Assembly: GCA_038867615.1 (NCBI GenBank)
Contig: JAWBYA010000003.1
Span: forward strand, 32,001 to 96,000
Direction of reading: 5' to 3'
Length of the DNA stretch: 64,000 bases
From: Sulfolobales archaeon
GTDB lineage: Archaea; Thermoproteota; Thermoprotei_A; Sulfolobales; AG1
In this document: in pieces, positions 9,812-20,908 of the stretch
Position numbering within the stretch: the first letter of the stretch is position 1
Layout: each line of letters opens with the position of its first letter
Translations under genes and position numbers: made by a program
The notes under the pieces: model-generated
Told to the model about the DNA's origin: nothing
The model's database searches: none
The model's input: only the letters and a program-made list of their open reading frames with translations

Positions 9812-11653
9812 TTACAACTCCCTTAGGTATGGGAGCGAGGGTCTTTTGCTGACGAGATGGGGCATTGTGAGCTCCACCCTTGGATAGCCTTTTGACAGCT
9901 TTTCGAGAAGCTCTATAAACTCTTCCAGGCTATAAACCCTCTGATCCCCGGTGGCTCTTTCTCTAACACTCAGGGTTTTTGTCCTAACCTCTCTATCCCC
10001 TATGATCACCACGAAATATGCCCACTCTATACCAGCATCCCTAAGCTTCTTCGCCAGGCTTTCATCCCTATCATCTATATCTACTCTAAATCCCCTCTCG
10101 CTCACTGCTTTGAGGATCTCTTCGGCAAAGCCTATGTGCTCCTGTTTCACAGGAACTATTCTAACCTGTATTGGCGACACCCAGAAGGGGAGGTATGGTG
10201 TTCTACCCTCCTCCTCCATCTTTGCTGCTGTATCGAATAACATGTATATATACCGCTCCACACTCCCTATGATTGCTGTGTGAATTATAACTGGTTTTTT
10301 CTGAACGCCTTTTTGATCGGCATAGCTGATCCCAAACCTCTCTGCATTACCTATATCTATCTGGAAGGTAGCGATCTCTCTCGGTCTGCCTGTAACGTCA
10401 ACGATATTGTACTCGATGTTTATTACCCAGTAGTATATGTTATCCGGGTATACAACGATCAGTGCAGGTTTACCATCCCTCCTTATAAGCTCTAGCAAGT
10501 AATCCCTAGAGTTCTCCAGAAAGCCCTTAGTAACATTTATGATAGCCACATAATCCCTGCCTACTTTCCCAACCTCCTCGAAGATCTTATCTCTTATCCT
10601 TAGCGTGAGTCCCATAGCTTCTTCTAGATCCTTGCAGAGTATGTGCATATCAGGCATATGGAATCTCCTGAGCCTGAAGCCTAGGAGAAGCTCTCCCCTC
10701 TGCTCATACCTATAGCTATCAGCAACCTCGAACATACCTAAAGGAAGATCTTTATAACTGAGGATCCAGTCTTTAAGCATTGCAAACTGCTGATGACATG
10801 CAGCATACCTCATAACAAGCCTCGACTCCTCACTATCAACCTCATATAGCCTATCCCCGAATAGATCTGCATGTTCTTTCACAGCCTTGACAGAGAGGTC
10901 AAACATATTGGTTCCCTTTACCCTGAATACGGGTATGCCGAGGCTCCTAACAACAGTCCATGAGTAGTTAGTAACGCTCTCTAGAATAGCCGTTGCATGA
11001 GGGCTATACCTCATATGACCAGGATCCGAGTACCCCTCCCACTCAAACCCAAACTTTCTGAGGTAATCCGAAACACGGGATCTAGCGCCCTCACCCTCCT
11101 TCTTAAAGATCTCTTTCTCAACAAGAGCCCTTAGATCTGGGTACTTATCATACTCCCTGTAATCCTCTGGATTGTAGAGCTTTCCATCGAGATCCATTAT
11201 ATAATAGATCTTCTCAAACGCTCTCTTAACCCTCACGCCAGGCATTATTCTTCTTGAGAGCTCGCTTAGTGGGTGTCCATAGCATTTTAACTCGAACTCC
11301 TTATACCAACCGAATGGTGCTCTCCACACCTTAACGCCATTCTCTCTTAAAACCCTCTCAATCTCTCTCAGCACTGTTATAGCTATCTCTGGGGGAGCCA
11401 GGTCTTGTGACAGGTGTGCGTATGGATATATTATAACCCCGTCTGCCTTAACCCTGCTAAGTATATCCATTATCTCTCCATAAGCTTTAACAGCTATATC
11501 CTGATCCTGATTATCATTCCTCTCAACAGTCGTGAACACCACAAGAACATTGCTCCACACACCATCTCTGGAGGTTATATCCTCAGGCTTTTCGATAGCA
11601 GGTTCCCTCACCCTATAGCTGAATCTCTCGGCGTGAATCGCTAAGATTCTCAA
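9812..11653 (-). CDS. thrS: Threonyl-tRNA synthetase with archaeal editing domain
   Basis: YPYAHLS, APFGWYKEF, GHPLSELSR, RYAACHQQF, RRFHMPDMH, IGSVER. Confidence 0.97.
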   Translation of the reverse strand: MRILAIHAERFSYRVREPAIEKPEDITSRDGVWSNVLVVFTTVERNDNQDQDIAVKAYGEIMDILSRVKADGVIIYPYAHLSQDLAPPEIAITVLREIERVLRENGVKVWRAPFGWYKEFELKCYGHPLSELSRRIMPGVRVKRAFEKIYYIMDLDGKLYNPEDYREYDKYPDLRALVEKEIFKKEGEGARSRVSDYLRKFGFEWEGYSDPGHMRYSPHATAILESVTNYSWTVVRSLGIPVFRVKGTNMFDLSVKAVKEHADLFGDRLYEVDSEESRLVMRYAACHQQFAMLKDWILSYKDLPLGMFEVADSYRYEQRGELLLGFRLRRFHMPDMHILCKDLEEAMGLTLRIRDKIFEEVGKVGRDYVAIINVTKGFLENSRDYLLELIRRDGKPALIVVYPDNIYYWVINIEYNIVDVTGRPREIATFQIDIGNAERFGISYADQKGVQKKPVIIHTAIIGSVERYIYMLFDTAAKMEEEGRTPYLPFWVSPIQVRIVPVKQEHIGFAEEILKAVSERGFRVDIDDRDESLAKKLRDAGIEWAYFVVIIGDREVRTKTLSVRERATGDQRVYSLEEFIELLEKLSKGYPRVELTMPHLVSKRPSLPYLREL

Positions 11654-12339
11654 CAAACCACCTAATAGAAGAGAAGCTATACAGTGATATATACTTAACA
11701 AATATTATTGGCGAGAGTCTTGGCACCACATTATATAGGCTGCTAGAACCATTACAACTAGGTATCTAGGACTCCTAGCAAGATCATCAAAACATTACGA
11801 GGCACCAAAGCCCGCCATAGAGACCGCTTCGCAAGTTGTAAGAGAGTATCTAACACAACAGCCCGCGCCCTGCAAATACCTTATCATACCTCATCACACA
11901 TTATCTAAGACCTCGGAATCCCTGCCATGATCAGTTGTTTGGTTTTCATGATAGTCTATATGGTTTGGTATTAAGCTCACAGCTCTGTGGGAGCATTACA
12001 TAGGTTATTTTGCAGCAGAGCCGAGATAAGGGGTTTCACCACAGCACTCAGCAGAACAACACAACAAAAAAGAGCTACGGATCAGGGCCACCCCAAACAG
12101 GCAGAGACCAAAGATAAAGACCCCCAACAAAAAGCCCTCAGACCGAGGAAATCAAGGAAAACTGTCGATAAAAAGCAACCGCGAAGAGGCCCTGAACCCC
12201 TGGTGCAAGTCTATCAGCGTAATTATCATGTTTTATAAACCAGAAGATTTCTGATAGCATCCGTGACACGGATGAAAACATAGCCGGTGATCCTCGTAAT
12301 GAAGGACAACCGTAAAATCGGCTATTTGACAAAGATCTG

Positions 12340-13164
12340 CTAGAGCTCGCTGACAAGCTTCTTGAGAATATCCATGCTTTCGAGGATAAATGAGGGTCCT
12401 GTGTGTGCGAGTCTCTCCTCGTTAAACACAACCAGCTTTTTAAAATCAACACCTTTTTTGCCTAGCATCTCTTGAAGAGCCTCATATCCTATGGGCTTCT
12501 CGGATGTTATGTAGCTGCTATTCTCATATATAACAAGATCTATTCTCTCGACCTTCTCAACGATCTTCGATGTTTCTATATAGGAGACAGGTTCGTATCC
12601 AGAGACGCTAACACCACCTACAATATGGATCGCATCGCTAATATGACTAGCAGCCCCAGGAGACCAGAGACCCCCTCTTGGTCCGAAGTCAAGAGCAACA
12701 AGGAGCCTCGGTCTTTCAATAGCGTCCCCACCTAGATACCCTCCCACAGCCTTGTGGAGCCTTGCTACAAGTTTCCTAGCCTCTGTGATATGGTTTGTTG
12801 CATAGCCTAGTAGAGAGATGTTAGATATTATACCGGCAACGTCTGTTGGCATTGGTAGAGGGTATACTGGGAATCCCTCTCTAACAAGCGTGTCTATTAT
12901 CCCCCGCTGGACACCGGTTATTGTGAAAACTATGTTTGGTCTTAACTCCCTTATAAGGTTTATATTTATATGCATATAGCTACCAACCTTCTTCACGTTT
13001 CTAGCCTCTGGGGGTTTGTTTGAGAATGCATCAGCCCCGACAACAAGATCTCCGAGACCCATCATGAAAAGGGCTTCTGTCAAACCAGAGCTCATTGATA
13101 TTATCCTATTAACAGGGGTTTCTATCTCTACATATCTCCCAAGGATATCGTTAAATATTTTCAA
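12340..13164 (-). CDS. Cobalamin-binding protein (BtuF/helical-backbone fold) without signal peptide
   Basis: RIISMSSGLTEALF...LVVGAD; overlaps the meaB stop codon. Confidence 0.8.
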   Translation of the reverse strand: MKIFNDILGRYVEIETPVNRIISMSSGLTEALFMMGLGDLVVGADAFSNKPPEARNVKKVGSYMHININLIRELRPNIVFTITGVQRGIIDTLVREGFPVYPLPMPTDVAGIISNISLLGYATNHITEARKLVARLHKAVGGYLGGDAIERPRLLVALDFGPRGGLWSPGAASHISDAIHIVGGVSVSGYEPVSYIETSKIVEKVERIDLVIYENSSYITSEKPIGYEALQEMLGKKGVDFKKLVVFNEERLAHTGPSFILESMDILKKLVSEL

Positions 13165-14138
13165 AAAGCCCTCCCCAGGACTTTGTTCATAATCTTTATC
13201 GATGCCGTATATGGATCTATCTCCCCCTCGGAGACTAGCCTCAGCATCTCCCCACCCTCTTTCCTAAAGATCTCATCGACCCTGTTTTCTAAAATATGCC
13301 TCAGAACTATAGAAGAGCCATAGATCCTTCTCCTCCTAACAACTTCCCCAAAGAAACCTACCTTCTTTAAGTGATCGAGGTGCTCCTCTATAATCCCAAC
13401 CAGCTCATCAACACCTGTCCCCATAACTGCAGAGACCTTTATAGCTCTGGGTCTCCAGCCACCCTCTCTAACAAATCCTTCATAGTTGAGAACATCTATC
13501 ACCTCTTTCAGAGTAACATCGGCTTCTGGCTTATCCCCTTTATTAACAACATATATATCCCCTATCTCCATCAACCCAGCCTTGAGAGCCTGTATCTCGT
13601 CGCCAGCCCCTGGCATGACTATGTTGAGCACCGTGTGGGATATGTTGATTATATCCACATCTGTTTGTCCAGCGCCAACGCTCTCTACTATTATTTTATC
13701 AAACCCGAGCCCGTCTAGGGCTTCTAGAACCAGTACTGTTGAGGCACTGAGACCACCCCTAACCCCCCTTGTAGCCATGCTCCTTATAAAAACCCCGGGA
13801 TCTTGTGTGTGTATTTGCATCCTGATCCTGTTCCCCATAAAACTACCTAGAGAGAATGGGGAGCTGGGATCTATTCCTATCACTGCAACCCTATACGACT
13901 TTTTCCTAAACATTGCTATCAGCTTTGATATGAGCGTGCTCTTACCAACACCAGGGGATCCTGTGACACCTATCACATGGGCTTTCCCACCCCTCTTCAT
14001 AAGAATCCTCATTATGTTTCCAACAACCTCGGAACCCGATTCTGCTGGGAACTCAACAATAGAGATGAGCCTGGATATGGATCTCAGGTCGCCGGAGATC
14101 GCCTTCTCTATCAATGCTGCAACATCGCTAACCTTCAA
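13161..14138 (-). CDS. meaB: Acyl-CoA mutase-associated GTPase MeaB
   Basis: [36 protein letters not shown]. Confidence 0.95.
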   Translation of the reverse strand: MKVSDVAALIEKAISGDLRSISRLISIVEFPAESGSEVVGNIMRILMKRGGKAHVIGVTGSPGVGKSTLISKLIAMFRKKSYRVAVIGIDPSSPFSLGSFMGNRIRMQIHTQDPGVFIRSMATRGVRGGLSASTVLVLEALDGLGFDKIIVESVGAGQTDVDIINISHTVLNIVMPGAGDEIQALKAGLMEIGDIYVVNKGDKPEADVTLKEVIDVLNYEGFVREGGWRPRAIKVSAVMGTGVDELVGIIEEHLDHLKKVGFFGEVVRRRRIYGSSIVLRHILENRVDEIFRKEGGEMLRLVSEGEIDPYTASIKIMNKVLGRAF

Positions 14139-14568
14139 GCCTCCTCCTCCTCTTCTCAGCCAGTTCCCTCACTTTCTCAATGATCTGTGATATGGGGGAG
14201 TCTGGGAAGAAAACCTCAGAAACCCCCATTGCCTTGAGCTTTTCCGCATCATCCCAGGGTATCACGCCACCGACAACTACTGGTACGTCTTCAGCCCCAT
14301 ATTCCTTCAAGAGCCTGAGCACCTCGGGTATAAGAGCCATATGGGCACCGCTGAGTATGCTTATCCCCACAACATCGACGTCCTCCTGTATAGCTGCTCT
14401 AGCAACCATTTCAGGCGTCTGCTTAATCCCTGTATAGATCACCTCGAACCCGGCATCTTTAAGAGCCCTTGCAACAACCTTAGCTCCTCTGTCATGACCA
14501 TCTAGCCCTAGCTTTGCAACCAAAACCCTATATCTTCTCTTAAACCCTATGGCAGGAGTCTCGCTCAA
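14128..14568 (-). CDS. Acyl-CoA mutase small (B12-binding) subunit
   Basis: [12 protein letters not shown] (DxHxxG), SILSGAH, VGGVIP. Confidence 0.95.
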   Translation of the reverse strand: MSETPAIGFKRRYRVLVAKLGLDGHDRGAKVVARALKDAGFEVIYTGIKQTPEMVARAAIQEDVDVVGISILSGAHMALIPEVLRLLKEYGAEDVPVVVGGVIPWDDAEKLKAMGVSEVFFPDSPISQIIEKVRELAEKRRRRLEG

Positions 14569-14613
14569 CAGCTCTGCGATCACTATTATCACCTGGATTC
14601 CTTATCAATAGAG

Positions 14614-16302
14614 CTAGAATATTATTGGCTCGCTCCACTCTCCATATACATTCCTTAGCACGCCCATGATCTCGCCAAGCGTTGCTAGAGATACTGCTGC
14701 ATTATACACGTATGGAACTATATTCTCGTTCCTCGTAGCAGCTCTCTCAAGTTCTGTTAGGGCTGTGTTCACCTTAGCTTGATCCCTTGAGGCTTTCAGC
14801 CTTCTAAGCCTCTCTATCTGGTGCGCCCTCACAGAAGGCTCGTCTATCTCTAGCAATGGTATTTTAACCTCATTCTCAAGGATCTCTCCCCTGAACGCGT
14901 TGACACCCACTATTATTTTTCTCATCTCCTCGATCTCCCTCTGCCTTCTATAAGCACTCTCCGTGATCTCCCTCTGTGGATACCCCTTCTCTATAGCCTC
15001 AAGCATCCCTCCCATAGACTCGATCCTATCTATTATCCTCCACGCCTCTTCCTCGATCTTGTCGGTCAACCACTCTATATAGTAAGAACCCGCCAGGGGA
15101 TCAACTGTGTCGGCTACACCACTCTCATATGCTATAATCTGCTGGGTTCTTAGAGCAAGCTTCGCCGAGAACTCTGTGGGGAGTGCGAGGGCCTCGTCAA
15201 ACGCGTTGGTATGGAGGCTCTGGGTTCCTCCCAGAACAGCTGCTAAAGCCTGGAGGGTGATTCTTATTATATTGTTATAAGGCTCGAGAGCCCTTAGCTC
15301 AACACCGCTTGTCTGTGCATGAAACCTCAGCCACATGCTCCTAGGTTTTTTAGCGTTAAACCACTCCCTCAAGATCTTAGCCCACATCCTTCTAGCAGCT
15401 CTGAATTTGGCGACATGTTCAAATACGTTTATCCCTGAGACGAAGAAGAACGAGAGCCTGTGGGCAAAGCTGTCAACATCATATCCCCTCCTGATCATCT
15501 CCCTCACATACTCTATACCATCGGCAAGTGTGAAGGCAAGCTCCTGGACAGGTGTCGCACCAGCCTCGTATATATGGTAGCCGGAGATGCTTATCGGATT
15601 CCATTTAGGAAGATTCTTAACGCTCCACTCAATGACATCAACCCCGATCTTCAAGGCGGGTCTTGGTGGAAAGACATATGTTTTCTGACCTATGAATTCT
15701 TTCAGCTGATCATTCTGGGTGGTGCCACCAATCTTATCGTCAGGAACACCCCTGCTCCTAGCAACGGCTACATAGAAGCTCAGCATAACAGGTGCTGGTG
15801 GATTTATAGTCATGTTGGTTGTTACACTACCCATATCGATATCTTTGAAGAGAACATCCATATCCCATATAGATGCGACAGAAACACCCTCAACACCAAC
15901 CTCACCCACGGCTAGGGGGTGATCAGGGTCTAGGCCTAGGAGGGTGACCTCGTCAAATGCTATTGAAAGCCCTGTCTCTCCATGCTCTACTAGGTATTTC
16001 AGCCTCTTATTAGTATCCTCAGGAGTCCCAAAGCCTGAGAACTCCCTCATAGTCCATACTTTGCCTCTATACATGTTATAGTGAATACCCCTTGTGAAGG
16101 GGTACTGCCCTGGAAGCCCGATCTTATCCATATACCGCGTTGCCTCGATATCTAGCGGCGTATATACTGTCTTTACCTCTATACCGGAGTCTGTGGTGAA
16201 TTTATCAAGCCTATCCCTATACCCAGCCTTGATCATCTCCTCCTGCCATTCTCTAAGAGCTCTTGCTAACATCTCTAGGAATTCCTTGGAATAATCCCCC
16301 AT
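14614..16302 (-). CDS. Acyl-CoA mutase large subunit (methylmalonyl-CoA mutase family, isobutyryl-CoA mutase-like residues)
   Basis: PGQYPFTRG, WTMREFSGFG, ISISGYH, QSLHTNAFDEAL, DPLAGSY. Confidence 0.95.
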   Translation of the reverse strand: MGDYSKEFLEMLARALREWQEEMIKAGYRDRLDKFTTDSGIEVKTVYTPLDIEATRYMDKIGLPGQYPFTRGIHYNMYRGKVWTMREFSGFGTPEDTNKRLKYLVEHGETGLSIAFDEVTLLGLDPDHPLAVGEVGVEGVSVASIWDMDVLFKDIDMGSVTTNMTINPPAPVMLSFYVAVARSRGVPDDKIGGTTQNDQLKEFIGQKTYVFPPRPALKIGVDVIEWSVKNLPKWNPISISGYHIYEAGATPVQELAFTLADGIEYVREMIRRGYDVDSFAHRLSFFFVSGINVFEHVAKFRAARRMWAKILREWFNAKKPRSMWLRFHAQTSGVELRALEPYNNIIRITLQALAAVLGGTQSLHTNAFDEALALPTEFSAKLALRTQQIIAYESGVADTVDPLAGSYYIEWLTDKIEEEAWRIIDRIESMGGMLEAIEKGYPQREITESAYRRQREIEEMRKIIVGVNAFRGEILENEVKIPLLEIDEPSVRAHQIERLRRLKASRDQAKVNTALTELERAATRNENIVPYVYNAAVSLATLGEIMGVLRNVYGEWSEPIIF

Positions 16303-16707
16303 AATCGTTCCCACCACTATTCTATCCAAAACAAAATTATAAACCCACTCCTTATATGGTAAAATTATACATTTAACACACATATATAGCTATAGAACAA
16401 ATTATTAATAATAAACATTATCATTACCGCGATTTAAAGATCTTTTTCAGCATAGCACTATACAGTCTTCCGAGATAAAGCCCATAGATATGAATTCATA
16501 GCAAACAGAGACAGAATCACGTACAAAATCCTGACTTAAATATTCATGAAAACACTCTCTAGCAAGCGTGGATGAAACCATGGCGATCTCACATATAAAT
16601 TAGTATAAGGAAACAGTTGTCCAGACCACCTAAAATTATCCCGAGCAATGAATGTCAATGACGATTTAATTTAATACCCAGCATATAGCATCATATTGGG
16701 TGGATTT

Positions 16708-17265
16708 GTGAGGGGCATAGGTAGCCTAAGTTTAATAGCGATCCTACTTATACTAATCGGATCCATAATAGCTATCTACATACTGCTTCAGAGTCAACCC
16801 GGGGGTGAGAACCCTTCAAGAATCCCAAACGGCGTCTATGTGTATAAGAGCAATTCATTTGCACCACTGAATATCCAGGGACCCTTCATACCGAGAGAAC
16901 CCGGCTATTACTTTCTATATTTCCATAACAATCGATGTCCCTACTGTCAGGCATTCTATCCAAAATGGGTAAGCTATCTCAAGAGCGAGGGAGGCGTGTT
17001 TAGAAATATAACTGTAGTCGAGGTTGTGTGCGACTGGTTCACGCAGCAGTGTAACAATGATGCTGCTAGGGCTACATTCGAACTATATGGAATATCATCA
17101 TCACCATCCTTCCTATTAATCAAGGTAAACGCAAGCGGGCGGGTAGAGAATATATGGAACGTCGGTGAGGAGTATTTACAACTACAACGAGCAGGAAACA
17201 TACCCGCCCAGGAATTCCTACCCCAATATCTAGATGTTATAGTAAGGTCAAAAATAGCTAGATAG
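16708..17265 (+). CDS. Membrane-anchored thioredoxin-fold protein
   Basis: N-terminal TM, FHNNRCPYC, second CDWFTQQC motif. Confidence 0.8.
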   Translation: MRGIGSLSLIAILLILIGSIIAIYILLQSQPGGENPSRIPNGVYVYKSNSFAPLNIQGPFIPREPGYYFLYFHNNRCPYCQAFYPKWVSYLKSEGGVFRNITVVEVVCDWFTQQCNNDAARATFELYGISSSPSFLLIKVNASGRVENIWNVGEEYLQLQRAGNIPAQEFLPQYLDVIVRSKIAR

Positions 17266-17586
17266 GCGCAACACCACCGCTGATAGTAATTTTTGGTATA
17301 TAGGTTTAAAGAGAACATCAAAGGATCAAAAGAACCATCAAATGCTGGCAATGATGTCAAGAAAACCCACATATCTTTTCTTTATCCGGTTATCATGACC
17401 CAACTATGGAAAATCCATATAAAGAAAAGATATTTCCTCCTTTAATTAGGAAAGCCCGACACATATTCCCAACATAGGCTATACAGGCTAAAGGTTTCAA
17501 TATCTACCCAATCTATGGATCAATAAACCCTGCGCTGTGTATAAAGCAATTTGAACTTTATAGCTAATACTGTGCCGTCTTTCAAT

Positions 17587-17640
17587 GATCAGCCTGGTCT
17601 AGGCACATCACTCCTCAGAGCCGATGATCTTCTTCATACA
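17587..17640 (-). ncRNA. Box C/D guide sRNA
   Basis: Minus strand: ATGAAGA (C) - AGATCATCGGCT - CTGA (D') - GTGATGT (C') - GCCTAGACCAGG - CTGA (D); two 12-nt guides. Confidence 0.85.
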
Positions 17641-17710
17641 GTGTAGCCCGCCGAGCTGTCCTTCCTCCTAGGAAGCGTCTCCTCGGAAGGTGTGGGATCG
17701 GCGGGCTCCT
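17640..17710 (-). ncRNA. Box H/ACA guide sRNA
   Basis: 10-bp basal stem AGCCCGCCGA/TCGGCGGGCT, internal pocket, CCTTCC/GGAAGG upper stem, K-turn, ACA directly after the stem and 15 nt from the upper stem. Confidence 0.85.
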
Positions 17711-17948
17711 ATCATAATATATCTAACAAACCCTAATATTTTGATGATCAGATCATCACCTCATCACAAGTTAGCCGAGCCTGTAGCCTATCATTTGCAA
17801 GCCTGGCTTGCGTGTTCTAAATGCCCTTTACAAGCCATTGACGATTGTTGAGAGATTTTTTTGTATTACCCGTAAATTTATAAATCTATTGCCATATGAT
17901 AAATATAATTCAACCACGGCTTAAAAACCCCTACGACAAGAGATCCTG

Positions 17949-19148
17949 GTGTGTATTGTGAGAGTTGTTCTCGCATACTCTGGGGGGCTTGATACAACCA
18001 CATGTATAGTGTGGCTAAAAGAGAAATACCAGGCAGAAGTGATAACGGTTACCGTAGATGTAGGGCAGGAGGAGGATTTCGAAGACGTTGAGAGAAGGGC
18101 ATTTAGGGCGGGAGCTTCGCAACACTATACTATAGATGCCAAAGAGGATTTCGCCAGGGGGTACATTTTCCCTGCTATAAAGATGAACGCTCTCTACGAG
18201 GGTTCTTATCCACTCAGTACAGCACTGGCCAGACCCCTTATAGCTGAGAAAGTGTTAGGAGTAGCTAAAAAGGTTGGTGCCGACGCCATAGCCCATGGGT
18301 CTACGTCAAAGGGAAATGATCAGGTTAGATTCGATCTTACAATACGGGCTCTAGACCCCGATATAAAAATAATAACCCCAGCGAGATCATGGGGGATGAC
18401 CCGAAAAGACGAGATCGAGTATCTAAGAGCACGGGGAATAGAGGTTCCCAACGTTAATAAAAAATATAGCGTTGATGACAACCTCTGGGGAAGAAGCATA
18501 GAGGGTGGAGAGCTTGATGATCCCTCGCACCCCCCGCCCGAGGAGGCGTTCAAATGGACAGTATCTCCTGAAAAGGCTCCTAACAACCCGCTTACTCTTG
18601 AGATAGAGTTTAGCCAGGGAGTTCCGGTAGCGATTAACGGTGAAAAGATGGATCCTGTGAAGCTGATAAATACATTAAATATTATTGGAGGATCCCACGG
18701 TGTTGGGAGAATAGATCATATTGAGAACAGGCTTGTTGGTTTCAAGTCTAGAGAGGTGTACGAAGCCCCTGCTGCCACTATACTTATAAAGGCCCACGAG
18801 GATCTGGAGAAAGCTGTGCTGACACCGAGGGAGCTGAGGATAAAGAGGATGGTCGAACCTATATGGAGTGATCTAGTATATAACGGGCTCTGGTTCGAAC
18901 CGGTGAGAAGAGCTATTGAGGCTCTGGGAGATGAGATGAATAGGTGGGTCACAGGATCGGTGGGGGTGAGGATCTATAAGGGCTCAGTAACCGTGGTATC
19001 GAGGAAAAGCCCGTATATGATATACAGCCAGAACATAGCAAGCTATGATGTGGGATGGTATCCATCTGAGGAGAAGGCTATAGGCTTTATAGAGATATGG
19101 GGAATGCACTCCCTCTCAGCACTTAGGGTGAGGAGAAACGCTCTATAG
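17949..19148 (+). CDS. argG: Argininosuccinate synthase
   Basis: [31 protein letters not shown]. Confidence 0.98.
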   Translation: MCIVRVVLAYSGGLDTTTCIVWLKEKYQAEVITVTVDVGQEEDFEDVERRAFRAGASQHYTIDAKEDFARGYIFPAIKMNALYEGSYPLSTALARPLIAEKVLGVAKKVGADAIAHGSTSKGNDQVRFDLTIRALDPDIKIITPARSWGMTRKDEIEYLRARGIEVPNVNKKYSVDDNLWGRSIEGGELDDPSHPPPEEAFKWTVSPEKAPNNPLTLEIEFSQGVPVAINGEKMDPVKLINTLNIIGGSHGVGRIDHIENRLVGFKSREVYEAPAATILIKAHEDLEKAVLTPRELRIKRMVEPIWSDLVYNGLWFEPVRRAIEALGDEMNRWVTGSVGVRIYKGSVTVVSRKSPYMIYSQNIASYDVGWYPSEEKAIGFIEIWGMHSLSALRVRRNAL

Positions 19149-20493
19149 AGAGCCCCTCCTCGGTAAGGAGAACCTCAACTGGTACACCTCATCACTGAAA
19201 TATGATGAGATGATTCTGGAAGAGGTTATCGAGGTAGAAAGAGCTAGGGTAAAGGCTCTTGTAGATGATAATATAATACCTAAAAGCGATGGGGAGAAGA
19301 TACTTTCATGCCTTGAGGAGCTTAAAAAAGAGCCGAAAAAGCTCCTAGAATATGGCGAGGCTGAGGATGTTTTCGAAGCAATCGAGCTATATCTACAGAG
19401 CAGGATAGGCAGTGCTGCAGGCTGGTTCTCTCTTGGAAGGAGTAGGAATGACCATATAGCTGCTATCCTTAGGCTAAAGACGAAGAAATACATAGCACGG
19501 ATAATGCTCCTCCTCATAAGGCTAAGAAGAGCCCTGATAGAGAAAGCCAGGATCTATGCATCAGCCCTCTTCCCAGCATATACCCATACACGCGAGGCCC
19601 AACCAATAACGTTTGGACACTATCTGCTCAGCATAGACGAAGAGCTCGAGGACCACTTAACCTTGTTAGAAAAAACCCTCGAGATCGTTGATGTGATGCC
19701 ACTAGGAGCCGGGGCTGTTGGAGGAACCACTGTGAATCTTGATAGGGATAAGATAGCAAGGGAGCTGGGTTTTGCCAGACATAGTAGGAACACACTCTAT
19801 ATGGTTTCGAGTAGGGGTTTCCTAATACTCCCGCTTAGCATAGTTACAAGCCTGTTGGCATTCCTAAGCAGGATTACACAGGATCTGATAATTCTATCGA
19901 TGAGTAGATATGGTGTCATAAAGATCCCAAATAAGCATGCGGCTACAAGTAGCATAATGCCCCACAAGGTGAACCCAGTCACGCTTGAGATACTAAGGGC
20001 AAGGGCCGGCGAGTCCTTGGGGCTATTCACATCTATCCTGGATATCTATAGAGCAACACCCAGTGGGTATAACCTGGATTTCCAGGAGATCAATAGGATC
20101 TCCTGGAGGATCTTTGACAACGCTGTAGAAGGTCTAACCATACTCCACGACCTATTCGGCAGCATTGAGATCGATGAGAAGAGATCTGAGGAGATCTCAA
20201 GAGATCCCGAGCTACTAACAGCAGACCTGGCCGAGATCCTATCTATAGAGAAAAGAATACCCCACAGAGAAGCACACAGAATCATTGCTAGCAAGATAAG
20301 GGAGAAAGGATCCAAGGGCTTGCTAGAGGAATACCCACAGCTTAAAGACTCGATGAGCTTCTTAGAGAAAAAGAGGTACAGAGGATCGCCAAACCCTGAA
20401 GAGGTAAAGAAGTTCGCTAACGAGAAAGAAGCAAGGTTGAGAGAGTATGAAGAGAGGCTTTCAGAATTATTGAAACTGGCTGGAACAGGATAG
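19138..20493 (+). CDS. argH: Argininosuccinate lyase (probable ACG start; first ATG at 19210)
   Basis: [31 protein letters not shown]; follows argG. Confidence 0.93.
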   Translation, partial: TLYREPLLGKENLNWYTSSLKYDEMILEEVIEVERARVKALVDDNIIPKSDGEKILSCLEELKKEPKKLLEYGEAEDVFEAIELYLQSRIGSAAGWFSLGRSRNDHIAAILRLKTKKYIARIMLLLIRLRRALIEKARIYASALFPAYTHTREAQPITFGHYLLSIDEELEDHLTLLEKTLEIVDVMPLGAGAVGGTTVNLDRDKIARELGFARHSRNTLYMVSSRGFLILPLSIVTSLLAFLSRITQDLIILSMSRYGVIKIPNKHAATSSIMPHKVNPVTLEILRARAGESLGLFTSILDIYRATPSGYNLDFQEINRISWRIFDNAVEGLTILHDLFGSIEIDEKRSEEISRDPELLTADLAEILSIEKRIPHREAHRIIASKIREKGSKGLLEEYPQLKDSMSFLEKKRYRGSPNPEEVKKFANEKEARLREYEERLSELLKLAGTG

Positions 20494-20908
20494 ACATTAG
20501 ACCACCTACTTTCTATCTTTTCAATTACTTGAGACTACACCCTGATTCCCTGATTACATATGCCAAATTCCCGTGCGTTTTGTGATCGAGCACAAGTCTC
20601 TTCATCAATTAACCATCAATGGGGTTCTTAATATTTGATCTAAAACTACCATAGATCTTCCTATAGATATTAAGGTATATATTAAGAACCGTGCTATTTA
20701 GATCTTGCACTCCATACCTAAAGAATCTTTCTGACAAGCTATCCATATGAAAACGATCCAGCAAGCTCCCCCGATCTTTCATATACCGTGCCGCAGCTTC
20801 AATAATGATCCATGATGCTTCTAGCTTCTATTAATAACACTTAAAGTGTTAGTAAGTTATAAGTTAAAGAGAACCGCACATGCAAAAATCTTCGATTTGC
20901 ACGAACTA

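Noticed and set aside
11760-12330. A-rich gap with ORFs 11987..12238 and 12138..12452
   Set aside because: Not protein-like; possibly decayed mobile DNA, but no definable ends
13486-14190. 234-aa plus-strand ORF and similar long antisense ORFs
   Set aside because: Antisense shadows of well-supported genes
17745-17795. Possible extra C/D sRNA on the minus strand (ATGATAG...CTAA...GTGATGA...CTGA)
   Set aside because: Degenerate C and D' boxes, 9-nt guide, no recognisable target
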